Below, piece after piece: positions 50,874 through 64,000 of a DNA stretch of 64,000 bases (within the stretch, counting starts at the first letter, position 1; the number at the start of each line of letters is the position of its first letter). The DNA is from Chlorokybus atmophyticus. Lineage: Eukaryota; Plantae; Mesostigma and Chlorokybus algae. Location: the NCBI GenBank assembly GCA_009103225.1, contig RHPI01002615.1:194328-258327 (forward strand), given 5' to 3'. Both the position numbers and the translations under genes were made by a program. A model generated the notes under the pieces. The model searched no databases and was not told the origin of the DNA. It saw nothing but the letters and a program-made list of their open reading frames with translations.

Positions 50874-52754
50874 ATGTACGGCTTTGAGGCCCTCTGGTTT
50901 AACGTCAAAGATGGGTTTCCGGAGGCTATCGTGCGGGGCATGCGGGGAGGGCTGCTGACGGCAGCAGACTACAACGCTCTGTGCCAGTGTGAGGGCTTGG
51001 ATGACATACGTCTCCATTTACAGGTACACCTTGCTTGTGGGAATTGTTTATTGTGTTTTCACTCCCTTGATACCCGTCCAAGCTGTTTCTGTACGTATCA
51101 ATCTCAGTGATTACTGCCCAACCACGCAAGGTCTTTGGCTCATCCTGACCGCATGTGTGTCAACCAACAAGTCTGCTCGGAGAGGATTTGTTGTCTACAT
51201 TTCAGAACTTTCTTTGTTTGCAGTCTTAGGTAAATGCGGTTTGATCTATTTGCTGTTTGGAAATGCATGTAGCGTGCAGCAGTTCGGTTGTGACAGCACA
51301 GACTATACCTCATGATACACACCTAGCAATGCTCCATGTGGGCCAGCTGTCAACTTTCCCCACTGGCGTTGAAGTGCGTGGTATACGCATCATTGACGTA
51401 AAATGTGTCTTACGAGCCACACACAGGATGGAGGCTCTGTTGTTTTCTGTCGGTCATCACTTGAGCCTTGCTATTATGTATATCACAAGTAGTACATGAT
51501 GGTGGTACTCGCCAGGGCACAGACTATGGACCGGCGTTGCAAGCGGCAGAGACATCAGGCGCCAGTTTGCAGCACACGGCGGCTCTGGTTGACGCGTGCA
51601 CAAAGAAGCTTGTGTCGGAGTGGCGCTACCTGCAGAGCGTGGCGACGGGCAACCTCGCGCGCTTCCTCGAGTACTGCACGTATGGTTACATGATCGACAA
51701 CGTGGTACTGATCGTGACAGGCACTCTACACGAGCGCGATGTGCAGTCGCTGCTGGACAAATGCCACCCGCTCGGCGCCTTTGACTCAATGGCCACACTG
51801 GCTGTTGCCCAGTCCATCCGCGAGCTCTACAGATTGGTGCTTGTGGACACACCTCTTGCGCCCTACTTCTCTGAGGTGTGTTGCTTTGTCGTGTACATTG
51901 AGTGTGCGGTGGAACTGCAGGTTTTTGTGAGCGTACGTGCTGAGTTTACTGCTTATAGACACTGTGCGTATGTGTTGATGTGGGTTTTGTTGTCACAACA
52001 TTATTGTGAGTGCAGGTTGTGCCCGCCTCAGAAGATCTGGATGAGATCAACATTGAGTTGATGCGCAACGGCCTGTTTAAGGCATATCTGCAGGACTTTT
52101 ACAACTTTTGCAAGTCTTTGGGTGGTGCTACCGCGGAGCTCATGTCGGACCTGCTCGCGTTTGAGGCGGACCGGAGAGCCCTCAACATCACCATCAACTC
52201 CATCGGCACGGAGCTCACACGTGATGACAGGCGCAAGCTTTACTCGCAGTTTGGACTTCTTCACTCGCACGGCCATGAGGCTCTCGCTGGTTGCGATGAC
52301 TATGATCAGGTGTGGTGTTGCGATAGATTGCTCTGCATGCATGATGCAAGTTGGCTTGCATCATACACCTCACTTACATTGAACTCTATGACCAGGTCCG
52401 GGGTGTCATGGAGCAGTATCCGCCATATGCAGCCATTTTCTCGCGCCTGTCATATGGAGAGACTCAGATGCTTGATAAGGCACTGTATGAGGAGGAAGTG
52501 AGGCGCTGCGTGCTTTGCTTCGAACAACAGGTGTGTATTGAATCATGCGACAAGTCGCCATCGACCGTAATGTCTGCAACACATGGCACTTCATTGCATT
52601 GACGCTCTGTGCTGTGGTGCAGTTCCACTACGCCGTTTTTTGGGCGTATCTGCGGTTGCGAGAACAAGAAATCCGCAACCTGATGTGGATATCTGAGTGC
52701 GTTGCTCAAAACCAGAAGTCACGCATTCACGATGGTGTAGTATACATCGTGTAA
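50874..52754 (+). CDS. VHA-d: V-type H+-ATPase subunit d, spliced
   Basis: [106 protein letters not shown]. Confidence 0.97.
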
Positions 52755-53437
52755 CAGGTGTAAAAACTTGTAAGTCTACCGTGTTGCCATTGATGTGCTG
52801 AACCTGCCGCTCGCTTGGTGATGCGGCGTTAGCCTTCAACTCAGCTGTTGCGCTATAGCACTGCCGCATTCACTTGCACTCAAGGCAATTCCTATGACTA
52901 ACTATGTGTGCAGAACTTGTTGAACATGCACCAGCAGCTGTTGCACTCGAATGCAACAGGTGCTGGCGCATTCGGTGCAACATCTGCAGTTGCATTTGTG
53001 TGCAACAGCCACTGGCGCATGTCTTGAAGGTTTTGTACCGCTTTCTTGTGGGCGAATCCTCTGACAAGTTCAGCAATTTCAGGGCTGTCAGCACATGGAG
53101 CCACCATGTGCTGACACGATACATGACAAACAGTAAGTTGAAACCCCACCACACCGCACGCATGACACATTGCTGGAGTTGTTGAGAGTGTGGGTCAGTC
53201 AGTTACTCAGTTTTGCCTCTGATACTACCAACAGGTCACATTGAGGGGTTGCACGCGCACCATGCAAGCTGCAACCAGCATAGCAAAGTTCCACATTCGA
53301 AACTGGCAGCACAAAGCAGAGCAGAAAGGGTAAACCCTGTACTGCACACTGCTTGGGTACCACAAGCTACCACAAATGCAAACAAAGCAGAGAGGAAACG
53401 GTAAAACCTGTACTGTACACTCCTTGGCTACCACAAG

Positions 53438-55169
53438 CTACCTACGCCGTGTGCTTGCAAAAGCGGTAGCTGTGCGCATCTCGCTCGTGCTGGGCTCATC
53501 CGCACGAGTCGTTGTATGAGATCGGGTCTCCGCCCTTGCACCCGTGCCTGTATTACCCCACCCAAACCACGAGCGCGATCGCGCCGTATCCGTCGCACGG
53601 TAGTGTTGCTGCGTTTGAGCATACCCGGGCCTTTCCATCATGCCACGAGGCCTGCCAAGAAGATATCCCAACCCCAACCCGCCCAATATGCCACCCCAAC
53701 CCAGCCCCGCATCCATCGGCCTTGACGATGCAGAGCGGTAGTTGTTGTTGAAACCGCCACCGAAACCACTGCCAGGGAATGCTCCGCCCCCGCCAGGACC
53801 GAAACCGCCTTCATCGTAAGGGGGCGGCGGTGCCGTAGGGCGATAATCTGGCGGCCGGTCGGTGCTTCTCCTTACTGACGGTGTACCTGGCCATGGGAGT
53901 CATGAGTGGTTGCCATGAAGCTGAGTGTGTTGTGCAGGATAGCGGGACCCAACTTGATGTGCACGAGGATGCCCACTTACAGCATACAACTATATGCATT
54001 GAGTGGCAAAAGGTGCAATGACATTGACAGGAGCAGCATTCATCTGCATGGCTCTCGCCTGTATGTGCGTATGCAGCGACACGTCACTCACCTTGTATGC
54101 AGGACTTCCACATGCCGTACGCAATGGCAGCCAGCACAACGTACAGGAACCAAGTAGTTCCGGAAGAAGTCTCGCTGTCACCTTTGTCGCTTTTCACCTG
54201 GTTAAAGCCAAGCTCAAAAGTCACCTTCATACCAACCAATGCATGCGACCAAGTCAGCATTGCATACACTTTGTACAACAACATGCGAGCACTTGCACAA
54301 ACACATGCACAACACGTTATCAACGCACCCACCTGTGAACCACTTTTGCTACTCTGATAGTCTGCGCGTGGCGCACCGACTCGCTTCAAAGAGTATTCAA
54401 GGCCACAACTGCCCTCAAGGATGCGGGCATCGTCCGGAGAGTCATAACCCTGCGCAGGGCGGGCATCAGCAAGGAAACCGCAGCGCAGGCTTTGCTTGTA
54501 TAACAACCTCCAAGTTGCCTGCTTGCCTCGCATGTCACAGTAGTGGAGGAGAAGCGAAGGTGAGAGGGCAGGTCTGCCTCGCAGCGCCACTGCGCGTTGC
54601 GCCCATCTGAGCCGACATTTGTACACTGCACCACATCTGCACCAAAGCAAAAGGCATGGATTTTGTTATGGCTTCGTCCACAGCAAACAACGCCCAACGC
54701 GACCCTCAAGTACAGTAGCCGGAGCATCAACAGGCACTACTGTCTCTTGACAGGTCGATACACAACAGCATGCACAAGGCACAACACGACTGACCCAACC
54801 CAAGCCGACGTGCCTTGAATGTCACTGGTGTGGCCGATTACCTCATACCATGCTTACGCATACAAGTGTATAAACAACTTCCAGCAAGCTAACCAATAAA
54901 GGGTTATTGCACACAGCGTAGCTTATGTACTGGTGCTTACCAGGCTCATACTCGCACCCTTGGAGGCACTTGAGCTGCGGGACAGGGGCGGTGCGCCTGC
55001 TGGCGGTGTACTCGCCCCGGCGGAGGGTCAGCGCCTTCACGTCGTCTATCATGACTGCTCGGTTGTAGGGCGTGTAACCCCCCAGCGACGGCGCCGTCCA
55101 CGTCAACGACAGGAGCAGCAGCCATGCCAACAGCCAGCCCAGCTGCCGCCCCCGCACGCTGTCCATCAT
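53438..55169 (-). CDS. SARAF: SARAF/TMEM66-like membrane protein, spliced
   Basis: Signal peptide, V..LTLRRG..T..RRTAPVPQLKC, VVQC.N.G.DG..QW.C.ADL, VTCEGYDSPDD..IL.GSCGLEY.L, a TM segment, and C-terminal RTATAFASTRRR. Confidence 0.88.
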
Positions 55170-57024
55170 GCGGGGGGCGGTGACCACCAACACCTTTTCA
55201 GCCAAGTGCTTTCTCCTTCGACCTCGACCAAGGAAGCTGGCAAGCCCGCAGCGGAGCACAGCCGGCAACCGACAGTAGCAACGACGGCGCTGAATAGACG
55301 ACCAACACCCACGACAACACTGCCCGACCTTCTCACGCGTCGACAGTGAGTGCACCATTGCGAATTGCATACGCCGACATATATCAACGTTGAAAGTCAG
55401 CGCGTCAGCCAACCAATGGCGTCAAGGCATCATGCAACATGCATCGCGGTCACGTTTGCAACGCTGCATGTGCACATGTGGGCCACCCCAGTGTTTTCAT
55501 TGCAGCATAGCAAAATAAGTGATTGAAACTTTTGTGCACTTAGCTCGGTTGAAACACGTCATCAACAACATCATCATTTATATTGTGAATTTATGCATTG
55601 CATAACCATCAACATGAGCAACACATACGATGGAAAAGCATCACATGATAATATTTATGACGAAAAATCTACAAAAATTGAGAGAATATGATTGTGAAGC
55701 ATGACTTCGTCTTGCATGGTACTTCTCATGTCATACTTGCAATTTGCAACAACTTATTGGTTTGTAATAATGCATGTGCGTTGTACTGATTGTGGAATGA
55801 TATCGATAAAAGCACTTATATGCATCACCACAGTATTTTTGTGACGATAAGTTCTCTGAGCATATGCACATGCATATGCAATTTGAAAAATCTCATTACA
55901 GCTCTTGTATAGGTCATGAAAGTTTTTTGCATAGTGTAATGCAAAGCACATAAACATGTGATTAATACATAAACGTAATGCACGACTGAGCATAATTAAT
56001 ACAATACTTATATCTTCATAAATGTGCATAAATGTTATTTACATGACGCGACGTTGTACATACATGTTCACACGACCGTATATGGCAATCCGCGTATGGC
56101 AATCCGTGATGTCACCTATAACTTGTTATATAGACATTAAATTTCACAATATGCTGGTACAACAATGGAGTAATGCATAATTATGCGATTTCACGCACAA
56201 TGTGCAAATACGAAGTTGGGATAATTGATGGATTGTAGTATACCCAAACAATAGCAAATCACAATGTACAACACGTTGTGGGGCTACATATTACACGTGC
56301 AAAGTTGATCAATCTGACAATGTTGATTTGTGTAACTTACAGTGTGTTGTAGGCTACAACACTCATGTGCGATGGGGAGTGCAATGCATACAGCGTCACT
56401 ATACCTCACAATCTACTTTGCCGTGGCTGTTTGCCATACAAGTAGGGTACAACAAGTGGGGTGTATACATGCGCGTGCGTTTGTGTGGAGTGTTGAAGAG
56501 TACCACTTCTTAATCGCTGTCATACACGTGCACATCCGCGCCAACAAAAGTATGTTGTTTGTATAAGGGGTATGGTACTATGCGAAGTGTGTATTGTACA
56601 TCGACAGTGTCCATGCATGGGCGCATTGCGCTTTATATATGTTATGTACACATATGTCACGCGAAGGTGCACATGTAGCCATCAATTTAGTCACATACAA
56701 TACATACACGGTGTCCAATTAAATGTGGTCACATGTTTTCTGTATATTCTATTCTAAGATGTTACACTGCTGATTCGAGATGTTTACACCATGCATATTC
56801 GTTTGTGTGTGCACATACATTGAAGCACTAATCTGTGCCACACATGCGCCATCATGCGGCTGCATTTACACACGCAAACAAAGCCAACCAGCAAGATAAA
56901 AAAATACATGGTTGTATACACCAAAGGGTTGGATAGAGGCCCAATGTTACAAAGTGCAAGCAGTGATGGCAAGGGCGGCATTGGCATGGAGGGGGGAGAG
57001 GAGGGGGGGGGGGGGGGGGGGGGG

Positions 57025-57046
57025 NNNNNNNNNNNNNNNNNNNNNN
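57025..57046. other. Assembly gap in a G-run
   Basis: Run of N. Confidence 0.95.
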
Positions 57047-57871
57047 GGGGAGAGTTAATTACAAATCGCATTACAATATAACACGTTGTGGTACAGCAAA
57101 TGCTAGGAGTGGTTACAATGCATAACTTGCATACACACGCGTAGAATGAAGTACAAGGGGTAATGAGGCAATATGAGTCACACAACATGCATTGCGTATG
57201 TTGCTTATTGTTGCTTAAAAGGTGGTGTAGAGGAACAGCTTGATTACTATGTTGTGTTTAATATTGGGTGAATAAAACATAAAAAGAACATGTACTTTCT
57301 TACACTTAGTGTTATTGGTCATATATGCCATGCAGCAAAAACCACTCACCAAGTGTGGCAGGCTACCTTGCACAGCACGCCACACATGTTATATGGTAGA
57401 CAATATGTCATACCATCATAGACACACCTTACCCTTATGAGGTAGAGAGAAGCATATTTGGGCGTGCAGCATATTACAATGTGCGCACACAATGTTCATA
57501 TATAAATTGCCCGACCAATTAGGACATGCACAAACATGTTCTATTGCAATTGCGCTATAGCTATATATGCATATACATGCAAATAGAAGCGTGCAGTTGA
57601 TTAAACTAGCATGCATGCACATGGTGACTAGTGTATCAAAGCTGCAAGAAGAAACGTGCATGTGCAAGTCAACCCGTGTATGATAGGAAGTGTAGACATC
57701 AGATGTAATGCTAGCCCAATGGTGAGATATATGATTTGAGATGTGTGCATGTCAGCGTTGTTACCACGCGTTGTAGCACATCATGCATGCGGACTTGGTG
57801 GCATACCACTTTTGTGTACACATGACATCAAGCACAGCTACATCATGTGTGCACCCTGCGGAGGGCGGGAG

Positions 57872-58038
57872 NNNNNNNNNNNNNNNNNNNNNNNNNNNNN
57901 NNNNNNNNNNNNNNNNNNNNNNNNNNNNNNNNNNNNNNNNNNNNNNNNNNNNNNNNNNNNNNNNNNNNNNNNNNNNNNNNNNNNNNNNNNNNNNNNNNNN
58001 NNNNNNNNNNNNNNNNNNNNNNNNNNNNNNNNNNNNNN
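57872..58038. other. Assembly gap
   Basis: Run of N. Confidence 0.95.
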
Positions 58039-58482
58039 GGGGGGCGGGGATAAGCAGGTGATCAAGCTTTGCTTGGATGTACACACCAACCTACCATTCA
58101 GGCTTCTGTCTACTACACAACACGATGTCTACAATACACAAAGACCAGTGTTATATAACACGCCCTAACAGCACCCGAGTGCTGTTGAGGTCAGCAGCAA
58201 AGAAAATGCTGCCACCAAAGGCAGCAAGGCATTTGCAATACACACTCCTAAACCAAAGCCAATCCCCCCAAAAAAAAGTCTTCACCCATCCCCGCTCCAA
58301 ACCGTAGGCTGGCAGCTTCATAACGCCGCATGGCTTTATGGCCGCACAACAACTGGACAAACGCTCTCAGCAGTAGTAGCATACAAGCCATAATGAGTCG
58401 CCCATTCTCTCTGTACACGTAGCCATCCATCCGCTTTAATCACCGCCATGTTCTATAAACACGCCAGTCAGTCCCGCTTGAA

Positions 58483-60166
58483 CTAATCCACCATGAGATG
58501 AGAGAGCATGATTGCCGCTGGCGGCCCGCGCTTGGCGTACTCGCGTTCCACAGACATATCTGAAGCACTCTCGGAAGGAAGCTTGCGCTTGAGCGTTGCA
58601 ACTGCGGTGCGCACGCCTACCAAAGCGAGGAGCGCTCTCAGGAAGAAGACATGCATGGCAATGCATACTATCCCTAGCTGTTGAAATGATCATCACTGTA
58701 GGGCTCTGCGACCTGCTAGTAACACACGACATCTAGCTCAGCTGCTGCCAACTGCAACCTGCTTGTTGATCAGACCTACGTGACCTATATGAGCAGTATC
58801 ACTCACCTTGAGAGGGAGCAGAACTGTGCAGCTGCCCTTGCTGCTGCAGCTCCTGAGTTGAGTGACTCCAGCCGTCCACCCCTGGAGGCATTGGCGATGG
58901 TGATTGCCTGCTGCTTGTGCTAGTGCGCGTCAAGATTTCATCATGGAAAATGCCCTGAGATGCGTCCACCAGCAGCTACACACAGGCACACGTACACATA
59001 CTGAGTCAACGAGGTCGAGTACACAATAAGTACAAGGTACACATAATGAGTCGGGGCTTACAAGGCTTACAAGAATGCACGCAGACAGGTCAATTGTAAC
59101 ACAATGCAGCACAATTGTACCTGGCGTATCTGACTGTCCTTAGCAACGTCCAAAGGAGTCTGTCCGTGGCGGTTGGCAGTGCTGAGGTTCTCACAGCACC
59201 GCAGGAGGTACTGCACCAGCTCCACGTGGCCGAACTGAGCGCTATAATGCAGAGGCGTCATACCTTTCCTTGTCTTACTGTCTGGTCTTGCTCCAGCTTG
59301 CGCCAACAGCTTCGCCACCTGCAACACAGACACCTACAGTCAAGCCCAAGTAACTTCCCCTTATAGGCAAGCCTTGCACCTAAGGACCCGAAGCTCACAT
59401 GCAACCTCAAGCATGCTCACCATCAGATGCAAGCTGCAATCTTTTTGCATGTGTGCGATAAACAGCTCTCACTATGTGCAGAAGTTGGGCAACCGGCTCA
59501 ACTGCAACTGAGTAGTGCAATAGAAGAGCCACGAAGCCTACCTCCAAATGTCCCTTCTGCGCAGCAAAATGGAACGCTGTGACATCGTCTGCGGCTGGAG
59601 CGCTAACATTGGCACCAGCGAGAAGCAAGGCCTTCACAACAGCGAGCTGCCCCGACCAACTTGCTAAGTGCAACCTGTGCAACCACGATGTCTTCACTTA
59701 GCCGAGTTCTACAATGACAACACTTGCAATTGCATTTGCAGAAACCGAGAAAACCATTAGCACCAAGCAACAATTGCTGCTGCCACACCATGGTGTGGCA
59801 GCAGTGGCGAAGCTGAGAAATTGTTGCTAAAAGGCGATGACTGTGCTATTTGCACTGCCGCTCCGGTCGCACCACATCTACTACCTGCTAATCTATGCGT
59901 GAAGTAAGCAACAGCCTCCCAACAAAATACAGTATGCAAACAACCACCCGGCATGCACGAGTCTGCACAATCACCAGCAAACCGTAACAACCAAAGTCAC
60001 TGTCACAGTCACAGTCACATACAGCCTGAGCAAGGGATGTCGTCGCTTACGGAGTGCGGTTAAGCTTGTCGCGTGCGTCCACATCAGTGCCCGGTTGAGC
60101 TAGTATCCGCTGCACGTCCTCTAGGTTGCCCGCTCTGGCAGCGGCATGCAAAGCCGTTTGCGCCAT
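58483..60166 (-). CDS. Ankyrin-repeat protein, spliced
   Basis: MAQTALHAAARAGNLEDV..DARDKLNRTP, LHLASWSGQLAVV, TAFHFAAQKGHLE, GMTPLHYSAQFGH, GQTPLDVA. Splice phases of the last exons are consistent through to the stop at 58483. Confidence 0.85.
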
Positions 60167-63038
60167 GTCCACCAGGCCGACACCCACACGTTCCAGCTGT
60201 CGCTGCTTGCACCCCCGAACTCCTGCTAACTTGGCTCACGTTTCGGCGAGCAGACTCCCACCGACACCGACACCGACACCAACTATGACAACACCTCTGA
60301 GGCCGGCTGCGCCTATTACTTGCTCAACTAACGCCCTGGCCAGCTATGCATGCAGATCGGCGAGGGGCAATCAACACGCTCACAACACCCAGTCGGCGGC
60401 GGATGGGGACAACTACCTCCAAGATATCTTGCCTATTCTCTTCCCTCCCCCACCCCCCACCCGACCACCGCCGCCGCCGCTGCCCACAACTACTTGCACA
60501 GCATGGCGCACCAGGGACGCATTCCCACTTTAATGGACCCCACCATGAATCTGGGAGAAGACGAGGGGCGAAGCTCTGAGCTAATGATTCGTGATTGACC
60601 CCAACGTCGAAACTGGCTTCGCATCATTGCGTTACCTGGTCTGCCCTATGCTCTTTGTTCACTCAGCGCGAATCGCATGATCTAAATCTAATCTTCCTCG
60701 TAGTACGCTTTATGCGATTTGTTTTTGTGAGGTTTTCCCAGATTCGCCGTCTTTGAGACGCGCCGAGATATGTACTTTCAAGAGTTTCCTAGATTTCCTG
60801 CGTAGGGGGGTACAGGCTTGCGTGCTTTTGTATGTCAAGTCCGCTTTTCTTATGTCGCTTTAGCAAAAGCGCAGCAGCTGGCAGCGAAGGTTCAATCGAT
60901 GCGATGCCAGTAGCGACAAGCTCTGTAACCGTAGTTTGTGTAACCCTGTTAGCGCTTCTGCCAGCTTCTGGTGGCTTCGTGAGGCTGAGCCTCGGGTTAA
61001 GCCACGCGCAGCGTGGTTAGGAACAGCCATAACGCAGCAACATTCTCTCTCTTTCTGGCTCACTCATCGTGGTCGCAGGACTCTAGTACCAAAAGCGACA
61101 ATCATGCAAAAGGGCAGGCAAATATCTGTCTAATCATTCGCTGACCCGCCAGTATGTCAGTGACTTATAGCAGTCAAACCCTAGCCTGACCGCGGCGCAG
61201 CTTTGATCTGGCTTGCGGCGCGCTGGTTAGGGACGATATTTTGGGGCTGGGTCCGATCACTGAAGCCCGAGATCAGGGCCTTTACAGGGCAGATAGGGCC
61301 CTAATTACCCCGGCATGGGTTCCGGACCCTTCTCTCTGAATCCAAACCAAATCACCCGATCCGATTGCCTCCGTCCCCAACAGATCGCATTGTCTAGGTA
61401 CGGGTACGGAAATTCTATCACCCTCCAGCACTTGACCCATGACGTGAACGTCTAGACTGTTAGGCACTGAAACATGCATGACAGATGAATGACACTGAGA
61501 TGGTGACGGCGCCTTTGGTCCCCAGCCTTGTAGCCTACAGGTTGTGTTGCGCGCTGGCATTGCTGCTGTACAAAAGATGCAACATGCACATGGTATAGAG
61601 TCGGGTAGGAAATGCTCAGTCATGCATACACACATATATGATTGGCAAGACAATACGGAAAATCTTATCACACAAAGGGCCTGGGTTAGGTACTCTCATA
61701 TACTATGTGCAAATGCAAGGCAGGGCAGTGAGCACGAGCAAGCAGGTAGCACAACCAACCCACCAACCTGAGCAAGCAGGCGTTGGGTTTAGCAATAGTA
61801 GTTAGGGCAGTGTAGGGCAGGTAGAGCGCAAGCAACAACAGCAACAGCAGGGCAGGCAAGGCGGGGAGAGCGGCAGGTGGTGTTTGGTGATGTCCTGTTG
61901 TATGAGTGCAAGATTGCTGCCGCTATAGCCACTATGCATCCATATACCCATGGCATTGCATTGCATATAGGATCACTTAGCATAAAGTAGTATGATGGCC
62001 CCGGGTATAGCGTACTTATAATTTGCTTGTTTTGCTTTGTCTTGCTATTCTGCTGCATGTGTCGATACTATATGCTTCATGTGTACAAGGATAGTATGCC
62101 ACATATACCGCACACAAATCACATAGTGTGTGCACGGACTACATGTGTGCAATATTTGTACGGATCATACCCTATGCATAGCGTACATCTCCCCTACCTG
62201 CCTTTCAACCTGCCTTTCCCTCTCGCTTCCTCTGGTTGCTGCAGGTAGATGCGTAGTGCTGCTAAACCTGCCTGCCTGCTGCAGCGGCATTGCTGCCTTG
62301 TCACTCAGCGCATAGCACATAGCACAAGCCCCATAGTGTCATGGTGCTTAGGTTGCTGGCTGTGCTTTGAGTTAATTGCTTTGTGTTTATGCGTTTATGT
62401 TGTGAGTGCTTGGCCCTTGGGTATAATCGCGTGCATGCAAGTCCAGCTACATACAACCTGCCTATGATTTACTGGTTGGTTATGTCGTTGGTGGCTGCTA
62501 CTCGTACATCCTTATGCACAACATTTGCATAGCACATAAGGCACTTGGTGCGATGTAGATTATGTGAAGGCCCCGGGTGTAATAGTTGTGTTTACTTGTT
62601 CATGCTAGCTTGTTCTTGTATACTATGTGGCTATACGCTGAGCATGTGTGTTTGACTTGAAATGACTACGATGTATACCCTATACAACGACTAATATCTT
62701 ATACGAGGTGCATTGGGCTTGTTGCTTGATTGACGCTAAGGCTTTGTCACTGGAGTTTCATGTGTATAATAAAATCAAAGGTGCTATTGTGCACGTTTCG
62801 TATAACGAGTTGCAGTTGTGCAACATGTGTCTTATGTCAATAGACTCATGAACGAGTTATTACAAGCAACCATTTCATGCTCAATTGACCTTATTTTACC
62901 TAAGATGAATGCGCAATAAGCAACATAGGTCTTACCATGGCAAGTCGACAGTAGTCAGGTTAACTTATGAAGCTGCCACTTTCCACTTAGTCTTAACGTA
63001 GAGATCCTATCCATGCTTATTGATATACAATCAATGCT

Positions 63039-63642
<604 letters not shown>

Positions 63643-63760
63643 CGAAAGGGGGGGAAGAGCATTCCATATAGCAATATGCAGTAATTAGGTGCTATGCATC
63701 CAGCACATCGCTGCAGTCTGTGCCGATCTGCAGACAGTCTACACATACTGCCAGCTGATG

Positions 63761-63920
63761 TTATGTAGCCGCAGTCACTCTGAACAGTTTCACTGTATCA
63801 CCACTGAAGATAGGAGGATACTCTGTGTCTTGTGTCTTCAAATAGATCAGTGACCACAGGTAAGCACTAAACCACAGATTGGTGAACTCGTTGGCTTGAA
63901 ACTTGCGCGTCACAATCTGC
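63761..63920 (-). CDS. Possible terminal exon of a gene starting beyond the window
   Basis: A CAG acceptor is followed by an open frame IVTRKFQANEFTNLWFSAYLWSL..AAT*. No family recognised. Confidence 0.25.
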
Positions 63921-64000
63921 CAAGAAGCACAGCCAGTACACAAATCAGAAAAGCACAAGTCTTGGTGGCATTGCTCCAACTGTCACTCCATGGTGACACA

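Noticed and set aside
55400-58400. AT-rich region with weak repeats and gaps
   Set aside because: No ORF, terminal repeat or motif could be supported; probably decayed repeat DNA.
61176-61330. CAGGGC-rich stretch as a possible hAT terminus
   Set aside because: No matching opposite TIR or TSD was found in the window.

Overview
Eukaryotic, intron-rich DNA, most likely from a green-lineage alga. This is inferred from plant-like housekeeping genes, telo-boxes and short GT-AG introns; the species cannot be determined here. The window has two parts. (1) About 1-29.6 kb is a cluster of decayed retrotransposons: one Ty1/Copia element (5940-11852, minus strand) and at least five pieces of a related Ty3/Gypsy-type lineage. 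The most complete Gypsy copy (15519-25185) has the order gag (2x CCHC) - about 550 aa unknown conserved region - aspartic protease - DNMT3-like C5-cytosine methyltransferase remnant - RT - RNase H - integrase - PHD finger - PPT - 236-bp terminal repeat. It is followed by a pol-deleted tandem partner (25188-29591). The pair has an unusual terminal layout (A-int-B-gc-A-int-B): there is no 5' LTR, the central junction is the palindrome GACAGCTGTC, and a 4-bp ATGT duplication flanks the outer ends. (2) About 32-60 kb is a compact gene island with 10 recognisable spliced genes: thymidine kinase, YbaK-domain protein, SirB, PLAC8, TSPO, ERGIC3/Erv46-like, ATP synthase OSCP, V-ATPase d, SARAF and an ankyrin-repeat protein. 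Long poly-C, poly-G, (GA)n and N runs are probably assembly artefacts. All identities and alignments were judged by eye; no searches were run.
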